Source: a virus | Taxonomy: Duplodnaviria > Caudoviricetes | Virus record (IMG/VR): IMGVR_UViG_3300020596_000029 | Location: 1 to 52,887 of that record | Direction: 5' to 3' (one strand) | DNA: 52,887 nt | Shown: positions 1 to 7,775 of the stretch, piece after piece | Numbering within the stretch: position 1 is the stretch's first letter | How the letters are laid out: every line of letters starts with the position of its first letter | Position numbers and translations under genes: made by a program | The notes under the pieces: generated by a model | Seen by the model: the letters and a program-made list of their open reading frames with translations, nothing else | The model's database searches: none | Told to the model about the DNA's origin: nothing

Positions 1-441
1 GTATGCAGAGTGTTTCGCCAAGTGCCGCAACGCTATCAAGCGCGGCAATCCCAACGCTCGCGTTGTTCCGGCACCGTGCGCGCCCTACCATGCCAGCCCC
101 GTGAGTTGGCTAGACTATTGGCGCGACATGCTTGGCTATATCGCGGCGAATGGCGGCTGTGATGGCATTGCCGTGCACGCCTATACTCGGTCGAGCAACC
201 CTGCGGACATTGCCAGCAGTGCCAAGATGGGGCCGCCGCTTGAAAAAACATACAGCGGCTTTCGCACCTATGAGGATGCGCTGGACGCTGTGCCGATGGC
301 ACTCGGCAACTTGCCAGTATACATTACTGAGTTCAATGAGTTGCTTGACGGTGGATGGGATGACCGCAATACAGGCGTGGTGCAGGCGGCATACGAAAAT
401 GTCAACGAGTGGAACAGCCGGTCGGATAGGGAAGACCGCTT
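1..441. repeat. Terminal direct repeat, copy 1 (imperfect match to 52447-52887)
   Basis: Aligns without gaps to 52447-52887. About 30 substitutions, all within positions 64-328, mostly at third codon positions. Indicates circular closure of a ~52,446 bp unit. Confidence 0.95.
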
Positions 442-1813
442 GCCAATCCAATGCCTTGTCCTCTATCGCTGGCCCAAGTTCGACAGATGGTACATAGACG
501 GTAAGAACGGCGTCATTGACGACTTTCGCGCGGCGGTGGAGCGCGGCTACCTCTCGCCAACAGGAGCAAACGTTGTGAATACACACATCCCCGTCGTAAG
601 CCCCGGAAGCCCCGCACCACAGCCGAGCTTGCCGCCGCGCGGTTGGGACGAGCGATTGACGCAGCGCGGGGTGACTGTCGAGACGCCTCCTATTGCGCCA
701 GGGAAACAGTTCTGGCGAGTGGTCAAGGCGCGCTGGTATAACGAGGACGAAGCCGGGGGACGACACCATATTTACATTGAGACGTACAATCCGAATGGCA
801 ATCCTATGGCTGATGTGCCGTTTCGTGTTACGTGGCCCTCTGGAGAAACGCGGGGGCGCACGAATCTTCGAGAGGGGTTTGACGCTGCCAATTATCCTAT
901 GAGTAAATCACTCAATGAGTTTAGCGTGATGATTCGGCCCGATATTGACTTTCCCTCCGAAACGCTCAAGGGTATCGGCATGGGCGCGGATGGCAACAGT
1001 GGCATCCACACGTCAACGTCCGTCACGTTTCGGTTGGTGCGAATGCCACAGATCACGACTGGCAGCACTCCGGAAAAGCCGGACACCTCACTGCCGCCGC
1101 CCATCATGCAGCCGCCTGTTACGTTTTTCGTGTCGGTAAAGTTGGGTGCGAACGTCCGCACGCAACCCCTAACGGGCAGCATCGTGACGGCCATCCCGTT
1201 TGGCGAACAAGTTTCTGTCACCGGCTACGACGCCGTGCGCCAATGGGCCTATGTGCGATGGCAGGGCATCGAGGGCTACGTGCTGGCCGCGCTACTCAGT
1301 TCGCAACTGCCGAGCGTGGGGACAGGGCCGACACCTGCACAGCCGCCGCAGCCTGCACCAAGTGTAGATAGCTGGCAACGCAGTTTGGCCTTCATCAAAA
1401 AGTGGGAGGGCGATTGGGCAGACAATCCAAATGACCCAGGAGGAGCTACCCAAAAAGGTATTACCATCGGCACATACACCCGTTGGCGTGCAGCGCATGG
1501 GCAGCCCGCTCCGAGCAAAGATGACTTGCGGAACATCCCTGACGCCATTGTGGAGCAAATTTTCCGGGAGTGGTATTGGAATGAGTCAAAAGCCAACACG
1601 CTTGCATGGCCTATGTGCTTGGCGCAAATGAATATTGCCGTCAACGCTGGGCCTGGGCGCGCTATGCAGTTTTTGGCTGACAGTGGCGGTAACTTTCTGC
1701 TCTATAACGCAATCGCGTTGGAGTGGTACACAAAGATAGACGGCTGGAAGCATTTTAGTGCTGCGTGGGCGCGCCGATGTGCCGATGTGCTGCGCGAGGC
1801 AGCGGGCAAATGA
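2..1813 (+). CDS. Multidomain endolysin, C-terminal part (true start at 52121 across the junction, ~712 aa): clan-A-like glycoside hydrolase, middle domain, SH3b, GH108 lysozyme
   Basis: Frame is open from base 2. Motifs: AVHAY and YITEF (GH clan A-like nucleophile), ANVRTQP..WAYVRWQGIEGYV (SH3b), KWEGDWADNPNDPGGATQKGIT (GH108). Lies downstream of the holins on the circular map. Confidence 0.85.
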   Translation, partial: YAECFAKCRNAIKRGNPNARVVPAPCAPYHASPVSWLDYWRDMLGYIAANGGCDGIAVHAYTRSSNPADIASSAKMGPPLEKTYSGFRTYEDALDAVPMALGNLPVYITEFNELLDGGWDDRNTGVVQAAYENVNEWNSRSDREDRLPIQCLVLYRWPKFDRWYIDGKNGVIDDFRAAVERGYLSPTGANVVNTHIPVVSPGSPAPQPSLPPRGWDERLTQRGVTVETPPIAPGKQFWRVVKARWYNEDEAGGRHHIYIETYNPNGNPMADVPFRVTWPSGETRGRTNLREGFDAANYPMSKSLNEFSVMIRPDIDFPSETLKGIGMGADGNSGIHTSTSVTFRLVRMPQITTGSTPEKPDTSLPPPIMQPPVTFFVSVKLGANVRTQPLTGSIVTAIPFGEQVSVTGYDAVRQWAYVRWQGIEGYVLAALLSSQLPSVGTGPTPAQPPQPAPSVDSWQRSLAFIKKWEGDWADNPNDPGGATQKGITIGTYTRWRAAHGQPAPSKDDLRNIPDAIVEQIFREWYWNESKANTLAWPMCLAQMNIAVNAGPGRAMQFLADSGGNFLLYNAIALEWYTKIDGWKHFSAAWARRCADVLREAAGK

Positions 1814-1925
1814 GCATAAGCGCAGCAGTGCCAGGGTGCAGACGCGTAGCCTGTTGCGCGCTGGGGACTATGACAAACTGCAAACGGTTATCGCCGTGGG
1901 CTATACGGATTGAACGGAGGTTTTT

Positions 1926-2150
1926 ATGAAAGACAGTGGGTTCTGGGCGTCACTCTCGATAGGTGCGATTGTGACGATGAGTATCGCCTTCGCCCTTAAT
2001 CAGAACGAAGCGCAAGCGGCAACAAACAAGACTTTCCCGCTTTGCGAGCCGATTAACAGCGCGGCAACGATTATCGTGTACCGTTGCGAGCCAGATGATG
2101 GCGCGCCGTACTTGCTCAATAGCGTCGGATTTATGCTCCAAGTCGAGTAG
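1926..2150 (+). CDS. Small secreted or membrane-anchored protein
   Basis: GGAGG RBS, hydrophobic N-terminus with AQA cleavage-like site, two Cys. Confidence 0.6.
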   Translation: MKDSGFWASLSIGAIVTMSIAFALNQNEAQAATNKTFPLCEPINSAATIIVYRCEPDDGAPYLLNSVGFMLQVE

Positions 2151-2181
2151 CTTTTTTTTTGTATCGGGAAGGGGTCGGAAG

Positions 2182-3021
2182 ATGAAAAAATTAGTTATCG
2201 TAATTCTTGCCGTCGTTATAGCTCTGGTGATTGCACCCAACCCAAGCCATGCGGCTGACAGCGGGTGGATCACCACATGCAACTATTCACACTCGTTGCC
2301 CGACGACCCCATCGTTTCACCCAGCCAACCTGGCGCAGCGCACCTACACGACTTCGTAGGCGCGACCACCACCAACGCCGCGTCCACAGGAGAATCTCTT
2401 TTGGCGGGTGGCACAACGTGCCTCGTGCCGGGTGACAAGTCGGCCTATTGGGTTCCGGCACTTTACCGCAATGGGGTACGCCTTCTGCCACAGGGGACAA
2501 GCAAAAACGCTTTGTTCTACTACCGGCGTAAGGGCGCACCCGCCGGTGTAACCGTGCAGCCGTTCCCGCTTGGGCTGAAAATCATTGTCGGCAATGCAAA
2601 AGCCACGTCACCCGCTGAGAATCCGCAACTCGGCAGCCAGATTATTTGGAAGTGTGGGCCTGGCAGCGGAACGGATTTAGCCGCCCCACCTACGCAATGT
2701 AGCAGCGGCATCATGGTTGTGTCGTTGCAGTTCCCGAATTGTTGGGACGGAACAAATCTGGACAGCGCAGACCATCGCTCGCACATGGCCTATCCAAGTG
2801 GCAGCAGTTGTCCCGCGACACATCCTGTCGTGTTACCACGCATCGAATCGTTCTTCCGCTATAACGTCGGCACGGCACCCATCGGCACAATCACGCTGGC
2901 CAGTGGCCCGTACTATACGATCCACCAAGATTTCTTTAACGCCTGGGAGCCAGGCGTATTGCAGAGCTTGATTAACAAGTGCATAAATCCAGGCACCGAC
3001 TGTGGAACTAATCCAAATTAA
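2182..3021 (+). CDS. Secreted DUF1996-domain protein
   Basis: Signal peptide MKKLVIVILAVVIAL..SHA. Motifs DDPIV..HLHDFVG, DKSAYWVPALY, FPNCWDG, HQDFFNAW. Confidence 0.85.
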   Translation: MKKLVIVILAVVIALVIAPNPSHAADSGWITTCNYSHSLPDDPIVSPSQPGAAHLHDFVGATTTNAASTGESLLAGGTTCLVPGDKSAYWVPALYRNGVRLLPQGTSKNALFYYRRKGAPAGVTVQPFPLGLKIIVGNAKATSPAENPQLGSQIIWKCGPGSGTDLAAPPTQCSSGIMVVSLQFPNCWDGTNLDSADHRSHMAYPSGSSCPATHPVVLPRIESFFRYNVGTAPIGTITLASGPYYTIHQDFFNAWEPGVLQSLINKCINPGTDCGTNPN

Positions 3022-5033
3022 TGGCAATCGCGTTTGCGAATCTGGGCGCGTCGGCTAACCCGGACATTAACAACAGCACGGATGCAACTTCCTACGCTAA
3101 CACGTCATGGACGCCGCCAACGAGCGGTCTGATTCTGCTTTTTGTTAACTCAAGACGAGCGGCAGCGGTGGACACACCTACCGTATCCGGCAACGGCTTA
3201 ACTTGGGTACAAATTGGTACGACAATCACCCCTGGTTCCGGCTTGGCAGGGTCAGGCTTATCGCTTTTTGCTGCTGATGCCAGCGGCAGTACGGTAGGGG
3301 CGACGACCATTAGTTTCGGGGCCAACACCCAGCTACATTGTACAGCTAGTTTCTTTCATGCCGACGGCGTCGATCTGTCAGGCGGCGTAGCTGCCGCCCT
3401 TGTGCAATCCGTCACGGCGACGGACGGCGCTGTGGCAGGCACAACGGGAACTGTAACGCTGGCCGCTGCGGGCAATTCTAACAACCGTCCCGTAGCGGGC
3501 TTTTTGCACCTTACCAACGAAGTTCACACGCCGCGCGCCAACTGGACAGAAGCCGATGATTTGGGCGGTGCTGGCGGTGCGCGCGGCGTCGAGACGCAGT
3601 ACCGTAGTGACGCCTTCGAGACAACTGCCACCGCGACTTGGGCAACGTCAGCCGGCTGGTGTGGCATAGCCGCCGAACTCAAGGCGACGTTGGGCACAAG
3701 TTACAACCAGAGCGCGGGCGGAACCGTTACCCCCGCAGGCGCGATTAGCAAAGGTATCGCCAAGTTATTTGCAGGAACGTTAACGACCGCCGGTGCGCTG
3801 ATTCGCCTAGTCGCTAAGTTATTCGCGGGGACGCTAACGAGTAGTGGCACACTCATTCGCAACGCAGGCAAAACGCTTGCAGGCACTTTAACAACCAGTG
3901 GAATACTGAGTACGGCTCGAAGTTATGTGCGCTCCTTTGCTGGCACGTTGACGACAGCGGGAAGCCTAGTACGGGCAACGGCGAAGGCTTTGGCAGGCAC
4001 GCTAACGAGTAGCGGCGTTGTGACAAGAGTACGCGGTTATTTTCGCTCCCTTGCCGGAACGCTTACGAGTAGTGGCGCACTAAGCCGTAATGCAGCAAAG
4101 GCACTTGCTGGCACATTAACGAGTAGTGGCGCGCTTACTACCGCGCGCGGTTATGTGCGCTCACTCGCTGGGACGCTCACCAGCGCGGGCGCACTAAGCC
4201 GTAATGCAGCAAAGGCACTTGCTGGCACGCTCACCAGCAGTGGCGTTGTCACAACAGCACGCGCTTATGCCCGTTCACTTGCGGGTACGCTCACCACTTC
4301 CGGCGCATTGCTGCGTACCATCGCTAAGGGCCTTGCCGGAACACTAACGAGCGGCGGCGTTGTCTCAACCGCACGCGGTTACATTCGTTCCTTTGCAGGA
4401 ACGTTAACGAGTAGTGGCACTATCGCCCGCAGCATAAGCAAAGCATTTGGCGGGACACTCACCAGCGCAGGCACGATGGTTCGCAACATCGCTAAACTCC
4501 TGAGCGGCGTGTTAACGAGTGCGGGTGCGCTAAGTACAGAGTTGGCTGGCGGCTTTGCCCAAGCGGTGGGCGGCACGCTTACGCTGGCAGGCGCAATCAC
4601 GCGACAGACTAGCAAGAGCCTAGCAGGTACGCTCTCAAGCGCAGGCAACATCCTACGCGCCATCGCTAAGTCATTTGCTGGCACGTTGACGCCCAGCGGC
4701 ACATTGCAAACGGCGCGCACCTACATTCGCTTATTTGCCGGGACATTGACGACGGCTGGCACGCTGGCACGCAACACGGGCAAGACGCTCACGGGCGCGC
4801 TAGTTCCAAGCGGCGCAATTGCCAGAGCCATCAGCAAAGCCGTCGCGGGCGCGTTGTCGTTTATCGGTACGCTCGTTAGGACGTTGGCGGGTGGAAGTAC
4901 GGCACTGTTGGATGTCACACTCAGTGACAGTGCCGTGAATATAGTAAACCTAGTCGATAGCGCGGTGTACGCCGCGACGTTACAAAGTAGCGCGGTCTAC
5001 ACCGTGACCTTATCAGATACAACGAGGACATAA
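3021..5033 (+). CDS. Gly/Ala/Thr-rich repeat protein, probable virion appendage or fibre
   Basis: N-terminal beta-rich domain, then about 20 copies of (L/F)AGTLT(S/T)(S/A)G in 19-22 aa units. Start overlaps the DUF1996 stop. Confidence 0.6.
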   Translation: MAIAFANLGASANPDINNSTDATSYANTSWTPPTSGLILLFVNSRRAAAVDTPTVSGNGLTWVQIGTTITPGSGLAGSGLSLFAADASGSTVGATTISFGANTQLHCTASFFHADGVDLSGGVAAALVQSVTATDGAVAGTTGTVTLAAAGNSNNRPVAGFLHLTNEVHTPRANWTEADDLGGAGGARGVETQYRSDAFETTATATWATSAGWCGIAAELKATLGTSYNQSAGGTVTPAGAISKGIAKLFAGTLTTAGALIRLVAKLFAGTLTSSGTLIRNAGKTLAGTLTTSGILSTARSYVRSFAGTLTTAGSLVRATAKALAGTLTSSGVVTRVRGYFRSLAGTLTSSGALSRNAAKALAGTLTSSGALTTARGYVRSLAGTLTSAGALSRNAAKALAGTLTSSGVVTTARAYARSLAGTLTTSGALLRTIAKGLAGTLTSGGVVSTARGYIRSFAGTLTSSGTIARSISKAFGGTLTSAGTMVRNIAKLLSGVLTSAGALSTELAGGFAQAVGGTLTLAGAITRQTSKSLAGTLSSAGNILRAIAKSFAGTLTPSGTLQTARTYIRLFAGTLTTAGTLARNTGKTLTGALVPSGAIARAISKAVAGALSFIGTLVRTLAGGSTALLDVTLSDSAVNIVNLVDSAVYAATLQSSAVYTVTLSDTTRT

Positions 5034-5035
5034 TA

Positions 5036-5644
5036 ATGAACAGCATAGTAAACATGGCGGGTAATTTGGGATTCAAGGTGCAACGCGCACAGGGCGCTCC
5101 CCTCGCTTGGCGCATTCGTAACGCGCTGCGACCGAGCTTTTGGAGTGGATGGCTGGCTGTGCAAATGGCCAAAGCCTTTAGTGCGCTGACAGGCTTCCCC
5201 ATCCTTCACAGCCAGCTAGAAGTACAACTGCGCCGCAAGGACGGCAGCCGCGTCAACTACGGCGTGGTGGGCTATCGCGTCGTGACCACGGCCTTTGTCA
5301 CCTTCGTGGTGGATCAGTTGCAAACAGAAACGGCCGTCTTCGGTGACTTCAAATTTCACGACAGCGGCGTTGGCGTTACGGCGGAAAATGTAGCCAATAC
5401 CACGATGGAAACGACAGACGGCGAGGCGCGCGTGAGTGGTACGCAGACCGAGAGCGCAGCGACGATTTACCAAAGTGTCGGCACGATCACCTACACGACC
5501 ACGAAAGCCATAACCGAGCATGGTTTGTTCAACGACTTGACCGCTGGAACTTTAATGGACAGAACAGTATTCACGGCAATAAATGTGGTAAACACTGACG
5601 CCTGTACTTTTACGTACTCTCTGACTGTATCGGCTGGCGGATAA
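5036..5644 (+). CDS. Hypothetical virion-associated protein
   Basis: GAGGA RBS. C-terminal ITEHGLFN..GTLMDR..F..INV motif resembles phage fibre-attachment proteins. Confidence 0.55.
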   Translation: MNSIVNMAGNLGFKVQRAQGAPLAWRIRNALRPSFWSGWLAVQMAKAFSALTGFPILHSQLEVQLRRKDGSRVNYGVVGYRVVTTAFVTFVVDQLQTETAVFGDFKFHDSGVGVTAENVANTTMETTDGEARVSGTQTESAATIYQSVGTITYTTTKAITEHGLFNDLTAGTLMDRTVFTAINVVNTDACTFTYSLTVSAGG

Positions 5645-5659
5645 GTAAATGGGGGCAGC

Positions 5660-5956
5660 ATGGCAAACGGCTATACCGTAGGCGACCTCGTAAAGGTCGC
5701 AGCAATCTTTACCAACGCGGCAGGGACGGCGGTAGACCCCACTGCCGTTCTTGCCAAATACAAGACGCCGGCGGGCGTCATAACTACGCTCACCTATGGC
5801 GTGGACGCCGCGTTGGTGCGCGACAGCGCGGGCAACTATCACGTGGACATTAACGCCGCCTCAGAAGGTCGCTGGCGATACCGCTTTTACTCGACAGGCA
5901 CGGGCCAAGCCGCCAACGAGGAAGATTTCATCGTGTCGGGAAGCAGCTTCGATTGA
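5660..5956 (+). CDS. Small beta-rich (Ig-like) hypothetical protein
   Basis: In operon. Motifs VDPT..., GNYHVDI, GRWRYRF. Confidence 0.6.
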   Translation: MANGYTVGDLVKVAAIFTNAAGTAVDPTAVLAKYKTPAGVITTLTYGVDAALVRDSAGNYHVDINAASEGRWRYRFYSTGTGQAANEEDFIVSGSSFD

Positions 5957-6453
5957 TGCCAAACGTTTATTTGCCACAGGTGTTTGGCACCGGCCCCACC
6001 TCGCAAGGCGGCTTGTCTGTGGAGCGCGAGGTGTACGCCCTTATGGCCTCCCATGCCGAACAAGGGCGCGTCGGCATGGCATGGGACGACGCTCTTGCCG
6101 ACATTGCCCATTCGCGCGTGATGAGCCAAGCGCGCGACGGCTGGTCGGGGCATGTAGACCCACAGGGGCGTGGGCCTAATGCTTACTGTCGCATGGTAGG
6201 CTACCAACTTCCTGACTGGTATTTGCAGGATAACGACGCGAACAACATTGAGAGCATCGCAGATTCAGGAGACGGCAGCGTCGAAGGCGTGTGGGACTCG
6301 TGGCTCGGCTCAACTGGCCATCGTATGCACATTTTAGCGACAGACAGTTTTTACAAGGCGCAAACTCAGGTTGGCATTGCGTATTACTATCTGGCGACAA
6401 GTAAGCATTTGCACTACTGGTGCATTCTTAGTGCGCCGATGGTGGGGGAGTAG
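5953..6453 (+). CDS. CAP/SCP-domain protein
   Basis: WDDALADIA, GHVDP.G, ESIA, WLGSTGHRMHIL and QVGIAY match the CAP pattern. Confidence 0.8.
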   Translation: MMPNVYLPQVFGTGPTSQGGLSVEREVYALMASHAEQGRVGMAWDDALADIAHSRVMSQARDGWSGHVDPQGRGPNAYCRMVGYQLPDWYLQDNDANNIESIADSGDGSVEGVWDSWLGSTGHRMHILATDSFYKAQTQVGIAYYYLATSKHLHYWCILSAPMVGE

Positions 6454-6459
6454 GGGAGC

Positions 6460-7011
6460 ATGAGCGAGAAGATAAAGGCTTACGAAGTCGATTTGAACGA
6501 GTTGCGACCTGATCCAAGCAACGCCAATGCAGGGTCAGAACGTGGGCAACACATGATTGACGCCTCGGTGACTGAAACAGGGCTGCATAGAGGCGTTGCT
6601 GTAGACGCTAACGGCTATTTAGTGGCAGGTAACAAAACGCATCAATCGGCGATTGATGCAGGATTTAAGCGCGCCATTATTGTTGAGACTTCTGGCGATA
6701 CCCTAGTTGTCACCAAGAGACTTGACTTTGATTTGATGGATGCCGACCCAAACAACAAGGCAAGACGCGCCGCATATTTTGACAACAGAACTTCTGAAGT
6801 GTCTATGCAATGGAATGTCGAGCAACTGTTTGCCGACATGGGCGCGGGGCTTGACCTGTCGGGCATGTTTCGCGAGGACGAGCTAGACGCGATGCTGGCG
6901 GGGATGCAGGTGCCTGACTTTCAGCCTGTGGATGCAAGCGAACAGCCACGCCTTGACCAAAAGAAACCGATTGTCTGCCCGCATTGCGGCGAGGAATTCA
7001 CTCCAGAATGA
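6460..7011 (+). CDS. ParB/Srx-like N-terminal domain protein with C-terminal CxxC
   Basis: LRPDPSNAN, LVAGN, DNRTSE motifs and C-terminal CPHCGEEF. Confidence 0.75.
   Translation: MSEKIKAYEVDLNELRPDPSNANAGSERGQHMIDASVTETGLHRGVAVDANGYLVAGNKTHQSAIDAGFKRAIIVETSGDTLVVTKRLDFDLMDADPNNKARRAAYFDNRTSEVSMQWNVEQLFADMGAGLDLSGMFREDELDAMLAGMQVPDFQPVDASEQPRLDQKKPIVCPHCGEEFTPE
6832..6906. repeat. 75-bp exact direct repeat A, copy 1 (copy 2 at 8138-8212)
   Basis: GCCGACATGGGCGCGGGGCTTGAC...GCTGGCGGGGATG is identical in both ParB genes. Confidence 0.95.
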
Positions 7012-7694
7012 GCAAGGTAGAACTGCGCGTCGATTGGTGTAACCACGAAGCAGCTAAGTACGCTGTGGAGAAGTGGCACTATAGCTGCAGGATGCCTATG
7101 CCTCCAATACTCAAGATAGGTGCGTGGGAATGCAATCAATTCATTGGTGCGATTTTGTTCGCGCGGGGCAACACGCCGACGCTAGGTCATCGGTACGGAT
7201 TGAAAATGCTGGAAGTTTGCGAGCTGGTTCGCGTTGCCTTGACTAATCATGCTTCGCCTGCGAGTCAGATTGTGTCAGCAGCAATGAAATTACTAGAGCA
7301 TAGTAACCCAGGTTTGCGTCTGATTGTGTCTTTTGCAGACCCCGCGCAAGGTCATAACGGCGCAATCTATCAAGCGATGAATTGGGTATATACAGGCGAA
7401 AGCGAACCATCGTGGCAATGGTTGCACGAGGGGCGTTGGAAGCATAATCGAGAAATGACATCAGGTGCGTTTGGTGGAGCGCGAAAAGTCGCAGACTTAG
7501 CGGTGCTTACCAAGCGTCTGCCGCTTGGTAAGCACCGCTATCTCTACCCGCTTGACCGTGCCATGCGTAAGCAGATTGCACCACTCGCCAAGCCGTACCC
7601 GAAACGTTTACCCCGCGGGCAAAGTGTCGAAGGTGACACGTCCAACGACCAGTTGGAAGAGGCAGGTTCAATCCCTGCTGCCCGCTCTGAATGA
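7008..7694 (+). CDS. mom: Mom-family (GNAT-fold) DNA adenine hypermodification protein
   Basis: Motifs KWHYS, CELVRVAL, LIVSFADPAQGHNGAIYQAMNWVYTG, K.RYLYPL..PYPK. ATGA overlap with the ParB-like gene. Confidence 0.8.
   Translation: MSKVELRVDWCNHEAAKYAVEKWHYSCRMPMPPILKIGAWECNQFIGAILFARGNTPTLGHRYGLKMLEVCELVRVALTNHASPASQIVSAAMKLLEHSNPGLRLIVSFADPAQGHNGAIYQAMNWVYTGESEPSWQWLHEGRWKHNREMTSGAFGGARKVADLAVLTKRLPLGKHRYLYPLDRAMRKQIAPLAKPYPKRLPRGQSVEGDTSNDQLEEAGSIPAARSE
7615..7686 (+). tRNA. Non-canonical tRNA-Gly-like cloverleaf (anticodon ACC, no encoded CCA) overlapping the mom 3' end
   Basis: Acceptor stem GCGGGCA/TGCCCGC plus discriminator T. D arm GTGTC-GAAGGT-GACAC. Anticodon arm TCCAA-CGACCAG-TTGGA. 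Variable loop AGAG. T arm GCAGG-TTCAATC-CCTGC. Confidence 0.75.
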
Positions 7695-7751
7695 CTAATA
7701 AATTGGATATATTGCGCGATGGCTAGAGGCAACACAGATAAGTACACGATA
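7692..7751. repeat. 60-bp exact direct repeat B, copy 1 (copy 2 at 9325-9384); carries the start of terS
   Basis: TGACTAATAAATTGGATATATTGCGCGATGGCTAGAGGCAACACAGATAAGTACACGATA occurs twice. Confidence 0.95.
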
Positions 7752-7775
7752 CAAGCATGTCAAGAGGCCAAATGA
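7719..7775 (+). pseudogene. Truncated duplicate of the terS N-terminus (MARGNTDKYTIQACQEAK)
   Basis: First 11 codons identical to terS. Stop overlaps the ATG at 7772. Confidence 0.6.

Noticed and set aside
1-441. Diversity-generating retroelement TR/VR pair
   Set aside because: Differences are not adenine-specific, are mostly synonymous, and no reverse transcriptase is present.
7615-7686. Ordinary decoding tRNA or attP remnant
   Set aside because: A8, G33 and the ACC anticodon argue against decoding. No integrase is present, and the element is a complete, fully paired cloverleaf rather than a 3' fragment.
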